Shown here piece by piece: positions 43,337 to 57,307 of a DNA stretch of 64,000 nucleotides. Every line of letters starts with the position of its first letter. Within the stretch, counting starts at the first letter, position 1. Position numbers and translations under genes: made by a program. The notes beneath the pieces are model-generated. The model did no database searches. It worked only from the letters and a program-made list of their open reading frames with translations, and was not told the DNA's origin. Origin of the DNA: Dictyostelium discoideum (lineage: Eukaryota); NCBI GenBank assembly GCA_000004695.1, contig CM000150.2, forward strand, positions 1,120,001-1,184,000, in the 5' to 3' direction.

Positions 43337-43796
43337 TTTTAAATAGTTATGTTAATAATGTATTATTATTTCTTTTTTTTTTTTTTTAAAAAAATAAGTG
43401 TTACATACTCATATCACCTCTTTTTACATGATAACTATGAACGAAATTGCACCTATCAGAATATAAAGCTCTATAAAAGTTTACAACACTGACATTAAAA
43501 TTATCGGATAAAATCTCTTGAAAATCAGAGCTTTGACTTTCTAAAATTGATTGAGGTTGTTGATCTTTTGAAAGATATTGTTCTACACCACCATAAATTT
43601 CATCTAATGGGTCTTTTTCAATCTCTTTTATTGTTGTTAATGGTTGAGTTGTTGTTGTTGTTGTTGATGATGAGGTCATAGTTGTTGATGACGATGATGA
43701 TGTAATTGTCGATGCTGCCACAATACCAACCACTGGAATTGCTGTTGTTGATGAATCATTACTACCACTACCATCACTATTATTGTTTTGCTGATT

Positions 43797-43875
<79 letters not shown>

Positions 43876-44060
43876 ATATTTTTAATTTGAGAATTTGTCA
43901 ATGTATTATTTACACTATTGCCACTGTTATTATTAATATTTGTCATATCTTCCTTTACAATTGAAGAAGTTAATGGGGTTTGCTGTTGTGATGGTTGTTG
44001 TTGTGATTGGTGTAGTTGTTGTTGCGGTTCATTGTTAATATTACTATTATAATTACCATT

Positions 44061-44094
<34 letters not shown>

Positions 44095-44458
44095 ACATTA
44101 TTTACATTATTATTATTATTATTATTAATTTGTTGTTGTTGGTTATTATTATGATTATCTAATTCGTTATTTGAAATCTCATCCTCAATATCATCATCTA
44201 TACTTAAAGAACTGGCATCTTCATGAGTTTCACCGGTAACATCTTTCCAAACTTCTAAAAGATCTTTATATGTTTTATCTCTTGATACAAATGATGCGAA
44301 TGAATATTTTACATTTTCACTGGTAATGATTTCAATACCAACAGTGAATCTACTTTTCTTTTTAATTTGTATAACATCTTTAATTGGTATAACTTCCTAT
44401 AAAAATTCCTATTATTATTAGAAAATCATATAAAATTTTGAGAGAAAGTGGAAAAAGA

Positions 44459-44506
<48 letters not shown>

Positions 44507-45193
44507 ACACTGGTTTTTATACCAAAAATTTTAGATTCAAAACAAATATGATTGGTAAATAAATATATTCTACCATGTAATAGAATTTGTCTGAATAAAG
44601 CTGCACTATAATCATGTAACAAAATCTCTGTACTTGGTAATTTAAATTTCTTTGTAAATGGTTCGCTCTTCATTCTACCCTCTATTGTCTTTGAAACTGG
44701 TGGTTCATCTGATGATGATGATCCATTCTTTTTTGATGGTGCAATTAATTTTGGTGTTACAAATAATTTCTTTTTCTAAAAAATAAAAATAAAAAATAAA
44801 TCATATTAGTAAATAAATAAATATTATTATTATATTAAATAAATAACCATTTACCTTTTCATCACTTGAAATTGATTTTAAATCTTCACTGCTATGACTT
44901 CTTGTTTTTAGTTTATTGATTGAATGATCATTATCAGATGAACTTGTTGTTGGTGGTGAAAAATGACCATTGTTATTATTATTATTATTACTGTTATTTA
45001 AAGTATTATGGGTTTTTGGGGAAGTTGAACCAATTGGGGAGAATACTGTAGGTGATTGAGGACCTCCATTTTGAATAAGATATGGTGAACTAATTGGTGA
45101 TGAACTTGAGAAATTATTTGAATCATGACTGATTGGTCCTTGATTTGGTGAAATCATTACCGATCCTGAACTATTATTTGGTAATGATGCCAT
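41933..45193 (-). CDS. GRAM-domain plus VASt-domain protein (Lam/GRAMD1/Aster-like sterol-transfer family) with a C-terminal TM. Five exons on the minus strand: 45193..44855, 44775..44509, 44396..43409, 43120..43061, 42975..41933.
   Basis: The GRAM motif 'FRQILLHGRIYLFTNHICFESKIFGIKTS' is in exon 2, with donor GTAAGG. Exon 3 has a poly-Q/N linker, then 'FNVSVVNFYRALYSD.CNFVHSYHVKRGDM'. Exons 4-5 read 'NVNVKPWTFRERFGTIREVE|YVAPVSS...DHFRIEAKWEVTETSQDTCRLSISLTVRFVKKTWFKSKIE', which is VASt-like. The tail has the TM 'LSILVICSLLFILYSYMFM'. Intron 3 carries a long (AAT)n run. Confidence 0.65.
43125..43340. repeat. (AAT)n/(ATT)n microsatellite (~215 bp) within intron 3 of the GRAM/VASt gene.
   Basis: Direct inspection. 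Confidence 0.9.
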
Positions 45194-45838
45194 TTTTTTT
45201 ATTTTTTTTTTATTTTTTTTTACTAAAATTTATTACTATTGTTTTTTTTATTTTTTTTTTATTTTTTTTATTTTTTTTTGTTTTTTTTTTTTTTTTTTAA
45301 ATTAAAAAAATTAAAATAAATATTAATACTATTATTATTATTATTGTTAATATTACTATTATTATCCTATTTGATTTCTTTTTAATTTATTTAATTTTAA
45401 TTTTAATTTTTAATATTAAAATTTCTATTAATGTACGATAAAAATGGGAGGTTATATTTTTGGAGAAATGATTAAATTAAAAAAACTATTTTTTAATTTT
45501 TTATTTTTTATTTATTTTTTTTTTTTTTTGCAAATTTTTTTTTTTTTTTTGCAAATTTTTTTTTTTTTTACAATAATGTGAATGGCCAAAACAGCAAAGC
45601 ATCCCATTTTGTTGGTCATAATAAAAAATTTGAATAAAAAAAAAAAGAAATGAAACAATAAAATTTACAACCAAAATGATTCATTTTTTATAATAAATAC
45701 CTACTAAAATATGAATTCTATTAAATTTTCTATTTTTCTAAGACAATCTAAAACTGTGCGAATATGGGTTAATATAATTTTTTTTTTTATTTTTTTTATT
45801 TTTTATTTTTTTTTTTTTTATTTTTTTAATTTTTTTTT

Positions 45839-45875
<37 letters not shown>

Positions 45876-46179
45876 TGATATAAAGCAATTAAAACGAAAA
45901 ATATTGGTGGTAAAGAGATAAACTTTTACAACAATTAATTTTAAAAAATAAATAAAAAAAAAAAAAAAAATTTAATAATAAAAAATTATAAAAAAAATAA
46001 AAAAAAATAAAAAAAAAAAAAAAAAAAAAAAAAAATTAAAATAATTTTTAAAAAAAAAAAAACACACACAAAAAATTTTATTTTATACTAATATATATAT
46101 ATTTTATATTAAAACATTTCATTTTTTTTTTATTTTTTTTTTTATTTATTTTATTATTTTTTTTTTTTTTTTAAAAAAA

Positions 46180-48060
46180 ATTGGAGCATCGCGATGGTTT
46201 TGGTGGGAACTTATAACCAGAACGTTTGGAATTCATTTCCCTAACTCTCTAAAATCTCTAATGTTTTTCTTAAACATTTAATTTTGTCTAATTATTAATA
46301 AATAAAAAAAATAAAAAAATAAAAAAAATTAAAACTAATAAATAATAAAAATAAATAAATAAATATTTACCTTTTTATCTATATAATTCTGTTTGAAAAG
46401 TTTTCTCTGCAAAATAGACATGAGTGCAATGACAATTTTGGAGTAAAGAATTTGCTAACTCCAAAGCTAATTAAATAACTCTTGATCTATCTTTTAACTT
46501 TTTTGTAACCTGTCTAACAACTCTTGCACTTTAAATTAAAGTTTAGATTAATTATGTATACCTATTTAATAATAAAAAAAATTAGTAATTATTTTTAAAG
46601 ATTATTAGATGATAAATTGATAATCAAAAATAACAATAAAAAAAAAAAATTATAAAAAAATTGAAATTTTTAAAAAAATTATAAAAAGAAATAATGCTTC
46701 AATCAATTTACATTTTATTTTTGTTAACTATACCACTACCCTATTATTATGGGTGAAAAAAAAAATTGGTTTAAGCATTATTTCTTTTTATAATTTTTTT
46801 TAATTGGAACCTTTTTCATGTTTCCAAAAAGAGTTGCAAATATTGCTCCAGTTTACAAAAACATAAAGCAAGAGGTGTTTATATGGAGTATGAAACTATA
46901 AAGATGGCGTGTAAAGAATTAAAATTTAATATTTGTGCTGATCATTCAACACCTAAACAATAAATCGAATTTTTAAATTTTTCAAATGTTATAATCCAGA
47001 ATTTTGGGATCATCTTTTAGAAATTAATAAATATTTAAAATTTGATCTTTCAAAATTAGTAGTGTGGACTAATGGTTTTTAATTAAAATCAGTTTTATAG
47101 TATAAAGAAATTAGAGATTTTATGTTTAATTTCGATCCAACTGACCAACCAACTGATCAACATTTACTTCAACTACCAACTGATCCACATCCACTTCAAC
47201 AACCAATTGATCCACATCCACCTCCACAACCAAACAATAATCTACCTTTCCTCAACAACCATACAATAATCTACATTTACCCCAACAACCAACTGACCCA
47301 CATTCACAACCAATAATTAATCCACCACCTAGACAACGATATTATTATTATGAAAATTATAAACCAGTTAATAAACCTTTGGAACTTGAATATCTAACCA
47401 TTGCAGTTGATCGTAATTTCAAAAACTTTTTTTCTGTAACAAATAAATATTAAAACCAAACTCGTCTATCAAAACATCAAATGATATTATCGATACTATT
47501 TTAGTAATTATAATGTTCAACTTGTAAACGAATGTAACACAAATGTAGGTATAGGTATACACGTATTTTGAAGTAGATTTATTTTTTTTTATCATTTACT
47601 ATTATTATTAATATTAATATTAATATTATACTAATATGATCCTATACTATATAGAATTGTTGTATTTGTGTAGCTTGCTCTGATCCTTTAATCTATCAAC
47701 ACTTTGATATGCCTCAGTGTTATGAACAAAGAATAGTACAACAATTTGTTAAAGTCGACCCCAAATAATGATAGAGTCGTTACTTGTGAGTACCATGGAA
47801 GTTTACCTCGTGATTCAAATTCAAGTGCCAATATAATGAACGTAGGAGAAATGAAACGTTACTATCCAAAACATCACAACTATACTTTCGATCCATATTA
47901 TCATAACCAAAACTAAACTATGGATCTCCAATACTTAACTGTGTGTTTAATCGCCTCTGAAATGGGGTACTCATAGTCTTAAGACTGGTGCTGTTTAATA
48001 AAATAATTAAAAATACTATAAAAACAAACACACACACCATTATGTTTCCTTTAAAGAAAA
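46180..48060. other. Island that is not AT-rich, with degenerate short ORFs and a PTDQ/PxDPHP-repeat pseudo-ORF. Candidate degraded mobile element or pseudogene cluster.
   Basis: Its composition and complexity differ clearly from the poly-A/T intergenic DNA on either side (for example 47700-47960). ORF 47122..47316 reads 'PTDQPTDQHLLQLPTDPHPLQQPIDPHPPPQ' and continues in another frame as '...YYYENYKPVNKPLELEYLTIAVDRNFKNFF'. No intact gene model can be built here. Confidence 0.35.
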
Positions 48061-48645
48061 AAGTTAAAGTGTTTTTATCACTACCATTAATATTTTAATT
48101 TTTTTTTTTTTTATAATTAATTTTTATTTGTAATTGAATATTAAAGAAAAATTAAAATAATTTTAATCATAATTACAATGATGGCAAAAATTTAATTACT
48201 AATTTAAATTTTTATTTTTAAATTAAGGACGGAAAAAAAAAAAAAAAAAAAAAACAAAAATGGAAATTTTATTTTAGATTCATTAATTAGCTTAATATGG
48301 AAATGATCAATTGTTAAAAATAAAATTCAAATAAACCCAAAAAATCTATTTATTTTATTTTTATTTTTTTTATTTTTTTTTTTTAGTTTATTTATTTTAC
48401 TTTAAATTTTTTATTTTTTTTTGGATGTCATCGATTTGTTTTTTTATAATAAAGAAAGAAACAGGATTAATGGTTTAAGAGAAAGGAGGATTTTTTTTTT
48501 TTTTTTTTTTTTTAATGGTATTGTAAAATATTATTATTGTTATTGTTGTTATTATTATTATATTATTATTTGAAATATTATTTTTTATTTTATTTTATTT
48601 TATTTTTTAAATTTTTTTTTTTTTTTTTATTATTTTATTTTATTA

Positions 48646-50182
48646 TTATCTTAATAAACGGTCAATGGCCAAATTGATATTTCCATTAGTCGATGTTAAA
48701 GCAGAGATATTTGCAGCTCTATCAACAAAACCCAACTCCTCTAATTGTTCTAATTGTAACCTAAATCTTTGTTCTGGTGGTTCTTGATTAACTGGTGGTC
48801 TTGTAGTTGAGCTATTATTATTACCCATACCTCCCATACCTCCCATACCACCAAACATATTACCAAATTGACTGAAATCCATACCACCCATGCCACCCAT
48901 ACCACCCATACCACCCATACCACCCATTCCTCCCATACCACCTGGGAAAACACCATTATTTCGTAAGGTGCCCATTGCTTGTTGTAATTGCATCATTGCA
49001 TTCATATTTTCAGGATTTGTCATCATGTTTAAGAATTCTGGGTTATTCATTGCTTCTCTAAGTTGTGGATTTGAATCCATCATTTGTCTGAGTTGTGGAT
49101 TCATAGTGATCATTTGTTGCATCATTGCTGGATCTGACATTAATCTTTGCATCATTTGTTGAGCAACTGGGTTATTCAAGAGTTGTTGGACTCTTTCTGG
49201 ATCCATACCTAACATACCTTCCATACCACCCATACCACCCATTCCACCACCACCACCACCAAACATACTTGCCCATGGATTTGATGCACCTGTATTGTTT
49301 GTTGAACCTGTATTGTTTGTACCTGTATTGTTTGTACCACCACCCATACCACCACCGCCGCCGCTAAACATACTTGCCCATGGATTTGATGCACCTGTAT
49401 TTGTTGAGGAACCTGTGGTTGGTCTTGAAGATGGTGATGATGAAGTTGGATTAGAGGATGTTGATGATGAATTAGTTGACCATGGATTTGGTAATGGTTG
49501 AGAATTTGGATTTGCATCAGTATTGGTTTGAATTGGATTAGAGTTTGTTTGATTTTGACTTGCAGCTTGTTGATTTGCAGCGTTCATTAATGGTTCTTGA
49601 ATGTCTGTATACATTCTTCTTAGGAGGTTAAAACCCTCTGGATGATTTTCAATATTAATCATTGCTCTATCGGCATTTCTCATCATTTCTCTCATGAGCT
49701 CTGGATTTCTCATCATTTCCAATGATTGACGTAATTGTCTTGGATCGCTTAACATTTGTGCCATCTCTGGATTATTGTTTAAAACTTCTCTCATCTCTGG
49801 ATTACCCATCATCATATCTCTAAATATATCTGGATTATCAAGTAAACTATCCATCATTCTAGAGTTGAACATTTCTTGAATCATTGGATTATTCATCATA
49901 TCATTAATATTTTGTGGTACACCTGGAATTCCTTGTGGTTGTGTATTTGATGGTGTTGGTACTTGTTGTTCAACTGGTGGTGGTGGTGGTGGAGCTGCAC
50001 CTTTAACTAAATGAACTGTATGACCATCTTGGATTTCTAAAATTTTTAAAAAAAAAATAATAATAAAAATAAATAAAAAAAAAAATAAAAAAGTTTTAAT
50101 ATAAAAATATATATTAGTATAAAATAAAATAAAAATTATTATCCAATAATTGTATAGAATATTTTTTTTTTTTTTTTATTTA

Positions 50183-50260
<78 letters not shown>

Positions 50261-50444
50261 TACTAATTTCATCTAAAGTTTGATGATCTTTTAAAATTCT
50301 ACCAGAATAAATAATTCTTTGTTGATCTGCTGGTATACTACATTTAGTTGCAATCACCTTTTTGAAATCTGCAACTGTGATTCCTAACTCGACATCAACA
50401 TCAAATTTATTGTCTGTAGATGATTTAATATTAATTTTAACCAT
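48646..50444 (-). CDS. ubqln: Ubiquilin (UBL-STI1-UBA), two exons on the minus strand: 50444..50264 and 50036..48646.
   Basis: Exon 1 encodes the UBL domain ('MVKINIKSSTDNKFDVDVELGITVADFKKVIATKCSIPADQQRIIYSGRILKDHQTLDEI'), then donor GTAAGT, a poly-A intron, and acceptor 'ttttag'. Exon 2 holds STI1-type 'NPE(M/L)..MM' repeats, Gly/Met-rich 'GGMGGM' blocks, and the C-terminal UBA 'EQRFRLQLEQLEELGFVDRAANISALTSTNGNINLAIDRLL'. Confidence 0.85.
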
Positions 50445-50990
50445 TATTTATTCTTTTTTTTTTAATTTTTATACAATGTTACTTCTTATTGTGTGTTGTT
50501 ATTGTTGCTATTATTGCTGTTATTGTTAAATGTTATTATTTATAATATATAAAAAAAAAAAATTTATGTTTATGCTTTTTTTTATTTTTTTTATTTTTTT
50601 TATTTTTTTTTTTATTTTTATTTTTATTTTTTTATTATTTTTTTTTTTATATACAATTAATCTACAAATCTCTTTTTATTAATTCTTTATATTTCTTTAA
50701 TTATTTTTTTTTAAATTTAAATTTGTTAATATATATTTAATTATCAACAAAGGGGAAGGGGTGAAATAAAAAAAGAAAAAAAATAAAAAAAAAAAAAAAA
50801 TTTTTAAAAATTAAAAATTTGTGTGAAATTGTTTTTTTATTTTTTTTTTATTTTTATTTTATTTTTTTTTATTTTTTTTTTTTATTTTTAATTTTTTTTA
50901 TTTTTACCAATTTATTGGTGTTTTTCTGGATTTTCATTTTCATTTTTTTTTTTTTTTCTGAGTCGAAATGAGATTTCTTTTTTTTTTTAA

Positions 50991-52151
50991 TTACCATGAT
51001 TCATCATCATCATCATCGTCATCATCTGCATCGTCATAATTTCTTATTGATGGTGGTGCTGGAATAAAAAGATCAGTTGGTGGTGCTGGTATCATTATAT
51101 CATCCATTTGAGGTGGTTTTGGTATTGAAATTGAGTTATCGTCATCGTCATCATCATCATCATCATCATCGTCGTCATCTTTATTATTATTATTATTACT
51201 ATAACTATTACTATTACTATTATTATTTCCACTCATTACCATCATTGAAGGTGGGGCGGGTATTGAAAGTGATGGACCTTCATCATCGTCATCATCATCA
51301 TCTGAATTATTATTTGCACCTGAAAATGGTGGTGGTGGGACTGGTATTGATGAGGTTGTTGTTGGTGGTGGTGGTGGTTGTGGTGATGGTGATTGTGGTT
51401 GTGGTTGTGGTGGTTGTGGATTTCTTTGTTGTTTTTTCATTGCTAAAACTGCTGCTAAATTATCCATTAATGATTGTGATGATGGTAATGTTGGCATTGG
51501 AGGTGGTGGTGGTGCTTGAGAAGAAGTTTCATCATCATCATCTTCATCATCTCTATTATTATTATTTTTATCATTATTATTATTATCTTCATCGTCATCA
51601 TCTGATTCTTGTGTACTATTTATTAATTTAGAAAAAAAAAAAAAATAAAAGAAAAATGTAATATTAGTAAATGAGTAACCAACCATGGGTATATTGGTAA
51701 AAAACAAATACTTTTGTTGTGTTGCTGGTGGAGGTGGTATATTAGATTTTGAAATAGGTGGTGGGGGTGGTGGTGGTGGTGGAGGTGGGACACCAGTCAT
51801 AGGTGGTGGAGGTGGTGGTGGTGGTGGTGGAATATTTGAAGAGGTTGTTGCTGCTGCTGTTGGTGGTGGTGGTGTATTTTGTTGAGTTGTTGGTTGGGTA
51901 TTATGTACAGGTACGTTTGCAGAGGATGGTAATGATTCTAATCCATCGATTGATCCTAATTTAATCTCTAAAAGTGACATTGTAATCTCTAACTTTTGTA
52001 AATGATTTGATATATCGCATAGTTTTTGTTCACATAGATAATTGAATCTATTTAAAAATTGTGTTGTGTTTATAACGAAATTATTCACATATGCTAATGT
52101 CTTTTTATTTGATATTGAGTTAACATCTCTATAATCGACATAAACCTGCAT
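50991..52151 (-). CDS. WASH-complex subunit 3 (CCDC53) homolog with a long Pro-rich and Asp-rich tail. Two exons on the minus strand: 52151..51712 and 51615..50991.
   Basis: The N-terminus 'KTLAYVNNFVINTTQFLNRFNYLCEQKLCDISNHLQKLEITMSLLEIKLGSIDGL' matches CCDC53 'RTVAFLNQFVVHTVQFLNRFSTVCEEKLADLSLRIQQIETTLNILDAKLSSIPGL'. A 96-nt intron (gtattt...aaatag) removes the 'YLFFTNIPMVGYSF...' segment of the ORF-track translation. Confidence 0.75.
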   Translation of the reverse strand: MQVYVDYRDVNSISNKKTLAYVNNFVINTTQFLNRFNYLCEQKLCDISNHLQKLEITMSLLEIKLGSIDGLESLPSSANVPVHNTQPTTQQNTPPPPTAAATTSSNIPPPPPPPPPPMTGVPPPPPPPPPPPISKSNIPPPPATQQKYLFFTNIPMVGYSFTNITFFFYFFFFSKLINSTQESDDDDEDNNNNDKNNNNRDDEDDDDETSSQAPPPPPMPTLPSSQSLMDNLAAVLAMKKQQRNPQPPQPQPQSPSPQPPPPPTTTSSIPVPPPPFSGANNNSDDDDDDDEGPSLSIPAPPSMMVMSGNNNSNSNSYSNNNNNKDDDDDDDDDDDDDDNSISIPKPPQMDDIMIPAPPTDLFIPAPPSIRNYDDADDDDDDDDESW

Positions 52152-52441
52152 TTTATTATTGTTTTATTTATTAAAATTTTTATTCAATAAATATTAATAC
52201 AACAATAACTACAACAAAAAAAAATAAAAATAATAAGAAAATATAAAAAAAAAAATAAAAAAATAAAAAAATAAAAAATAAAAAAAAAAAATAAAAAAAG
52301 TTTTTTTTTTTTTTTTTTTTTATTTTTCAACTTTTCTTTTGATTTTTTTTTTTTTTTTTGTGTTGGTTTTGGGTAACTTTTTAATAGTATTTCTAAATAA
52401 AGAATGTTGGTAAAAATCCATCATTTGTGTTTTGGCTAGAA

Positions 52442-52473
<32 letters not shown>

Positions 52474-52813
52474 AAGTAAAATAATAACAAAATAAAAAAT
52501 TGTTTCACAAAAGGGAGAAAATTTTAAATGTATTTATTTATTTTTTTTTTTTTTTTTTAAATTGTCTCACAACCAAGGTTGTCATTTTTTTTTTTTTTTT
52601 TAAATAGTCTTGCAACCTAGGTTTTCATTTTTTTTTTTTCAAAATAGTCTCACAACCTAGGTTGTCATTTTTTTTTTTTTTTAATTTTTTTTTTTTTTTT
52701 CAAAATTAAATTTTTTTTTTTTTTTTTTTTTTTTTTTGAAAATTTTTTTTATTTATAATTATATTTGGGTATAATTTAATTTATTTTTAAAAAAAAAAAG
52801 AAAAAGAAAGAAA

Positions 52814-53875
52814 ATGTCAGATGATATATTATTTGAATCAAAGAATTATTTCTATTTAGGGAATTATCAATCAACAATTAATGAAATTAATAAAAAGAGT
52901 AGACAAATTATAGAGAAATCATTGAAAGCAGAATCAGATTATTTCTTATATCGTTGTTATATCGCTCAAGGTAATTATGATTTAGTTTTACAAGAGACTA
53001 AAAACAATAGAGGATCAGGTGAAGATCCAACAATTGCAGGATTACAATTGTTAGCATCATATCTATCGAAACCAGATGAAAATCGTGAAGGTACTCTAAT
53101 TACAATCACTCAATGGATAAGTGATGGTGTTGTTAAATTCAATTATCATCTTCAAGTCATCATTGCAACCATATATTTCAATGAACAATTATACGATGAA
53201 GCATTACAAATCTTAAATAATTGTGATCATATCGAAGGTTTATCAATGTTAATTCAAATATTTTTAAAAATTGATCGTTTAGATCTCGCTCAAAAAGCTT
53301 ACGATACTATGAAAAAAATCATTGATCCAGATGCAACACCTGCTTTATTATCATTAGCTTGGATTAATATTTATAATGTAAAATTTTTTAAAAAAAAAAA
53401 AATTAAAAAAAAAAAAAAAAAAAATTTACTAATTTAAATTTTTTTTTTTTTTTTTTAGGGTGAAGAAAAATTAAAATCAGCACTTTCAAGTTTTGAAGAA
53501 ATGGCAGAAAGATATGGTCCAACACCATTATTATTAAATGGTCAAGCTGTATGTGCAATTGGAATGAAAAGATTTGAAAAAGCAGAATCATTATTATTGG
53601 AATCAATTGAAAAGAATCCAAAGAATTCTGATACTCTTGCAAATCTTATCAATTGTTATATTAATATGAAAAAACCAAATGAAATCATTCAAAGATTTAT
53701 AAAGTAAATTTTATTTTTTCTATTTTTTTATTTTTTTAACTAAATTTATTAACAAATTTTTTTTTTTTTTTTTTTTTATAGTCAACTTAAAACTTTATCA
53801 CCAAAACATGATTGGACATCAGCAGTTAATGAAGCTGAAGCTTTATTTGAAGTTTCTAAATCAAGATTTAATTAA
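52814..53875 (+). CDS. cope: Coatomer epsilon subunit, three exons: 52814..53377, 53459..53703, 53782..53875.
   Basis: 'LFESKNYFYLGNYQSTINEI...DYFLYRCYIAQGNYDLVLQE...LKIDRLDLAQKAYDTMKKIDPDATPALLSLAWINI' matches human COPE '[20 protein letters not shown]...VFLYRAYLAQRKFGVVLDE...[35 protein letters not shown]'. Exon 2 reads 'MAERYGPTPLLLNGQAVC'. Donors are GTAAAA and GTAAAT; phases verified. Confidence 0.85.
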
Positions 53876-53989
53876 TGTTTTATATATATATATTTAAATA
53901 AAAAAAATAAAAAAATAAAAAAATAAAAAGTGGAATAGTAAAAAAAAAAAAAAAAAAAGTGTTTATTTTTATTTTATTTTTTATTTAAA

Positions 53990-54039
53990 TTACAATTCAT
54001 TTTTAACTTTTTTAGATTTTTTATTACTATTTGAAGAAA

Positions 54040-54070
<31 letters not shown>

Positions 54071-54780
54071 TTCCAAGAATTCAATTAAAGAATTAACAGA
54101 ACGATCACCATTATATTTATCAACATTTTTACCATCTTTGAAAAAGTAGATATTTGGATAACTTTCAATTTTAAATTTTTCACATACTTTCTGTGAAACA
54201 CCACAATCAACAGCAGCTAATGAACCAATGTTTTTCTCAATTGCAATTTGAGAAGCTTCACCAAATGCAGGTTTCATCTTTGTACAATGACCACAACCAG
54301 CTGTAAAAAACATTACTAAAACACCTTCTGGATGATTTGAAATGTATGATGAAAAATTACGAACATTTAAATGTGCAACTTGTGATTCAATATGACTCCA
54401 TGATCCCGGTCCTGTTGATGACTTAATTGGTGCTAATGGACTAATAAATTAAAATAAATAAATAAAAAAATAAATAAATATTAATATATATATTTTTTAT
54501 TAGAAAAAATTATTATTATAATCATTATTTAAAATTACTTTTCTAAGAATTTTTCAAAAGTTGATCTTGTTTTCTTTCCACCAAATTCAGCAATTTCAGC
54601 ACCTTTTTTATAATAAATAATAGTTGGAGTTGAATCAATTAAATGAGAATTTTTAACTTTAATATCTGTATCTAAATCTAAAACTCCAAATAATAATTCA
54701 TTATTTTCTTCTTCATAATATTGATCTGCAACTTTTAAAAATATATTTTGTAAAACTTTATCTGATTCCTTATCTATAGT

Positions 54781-54815
<35 letters not shown>

Positions 54816-55066
54816 AAAATTTTATCATATGTTAATAAAAAAGTAATATATTTTTTAAAAATTTTAATGAAATAATTACTTTTCCCATAATAAACAATTA
54901 CTGAAGGTTTTGAAGATGAAATGAATGAATTAATATTTTTACTTGATAATACTTGAACATTTGGGTGTTCAGAGAAATCAAATTCTCTACAATTTACATT
55001 TGAAATTATAAATGAAAATGTAACAATTGTTACAAAGAATATTAATAATATATTATTAAATTTCAT
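53990..55066 (-). CDS. Secreted/ER thioredoxin-fold (PDI-like) protein with a single CGHC active site. Three exons on the minus strand: 55066..54880, 54773..54539, 54440..53990.
   Basis: The signal peptide is 'MKFNNILLIFFVTIVTFSFIISNVNC'. The thioredoxin-fold segment 'VLVMFFTAGCGHCTKMKPAF' lies in exon 3. Donors GTAATT (x2) and acceptors 'ctatag' and 'tattag', with phases 1 and 2 checked. The C-terminus is poly-N then a basic tail. Confidence 0.65.
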
Positions 55067-55079
55067 TTTTTTAATTATG

Positions 55080-55113
<34 letters not shown>

Positions 55114-55130
55114 AAAATTAAAATTAAAAA

Positions 55131-55182
<52 letters not shown>

Positions 55183-55757
55183 AAAAAAAAAAAATTAATT
55201 AATCAAAGAAACACACATCCCTAAACTGAAAAATTAAAAACCCATTTTTTTTGTATTTATACTCTCAAAAATTTTTATATATTTTTTTTAGACCTCGAGG
55301 TATTTATTTCAAAATCATGTTTTACTTTTTTTTTTTTTGTAAAATAAATAAATGAAATAAGAAATTTATAAAAACTTTTGTTAAAAAAATAAAATAAAAA
55401 ATAAACAAATTCAACCAAAATTTTTTTTGTTCTTTAAAAAATTATATAATATGGGTGGTAAATAATTAAATTCTAAAAATTTTTCGTTTAGTGGAAAAAA
55501 AAAATTCAAAATTCAAAATTCAAACGATTACATTCATTTTTTTTTTTTTTACATTTTATATGATTTTGTGTATTTTTGTTGAGTACCCTATTTATCTATA
55601 CTAACTCTAAATTAAAAATAAAATTAAATCTTTTTTTAAAAAGGAAAATAAAAAAAAATAAAAAAAAAAACAAAATAAAAATAAAAATAATTTTTTAAGG
55701 TTTCAAGAGTTTTTTTCATTTTTTTTTTTTTTTTTTAATTTTAATTTTCAAAGCAAA

Positions 55758-57189
<1,432 letters not shown>

Positions 57190-57307
57190 AATAAAATCAT
57201 ATAAAAAAAAAAATAAAAAAATAAAAAATTTTTTATTTATTTATTTTTAAAATTGAAATATAAAGATTTATTATTTATTATTATTATTTATTATTATTTT
57301 ATTATTA

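Noticed and set aside
48750-49517. Several plus- and minus-strand ORFs (VWEEWV..., PPIPPIPP..., HHHH...) inside the ubiquilin locus.
   Set aside because: They are off-frame or antisense readings of the GGMGGM/STI1 repeat-coding region; ubiquilin in the reported frame has clear homology.
51077-51885. Plus-strand ORFs rich in H/Y/V/G opposite the CCDC53 gene.
   Set aside because: They are antisense to the poly-Pro/poly-Asp coding repeats.
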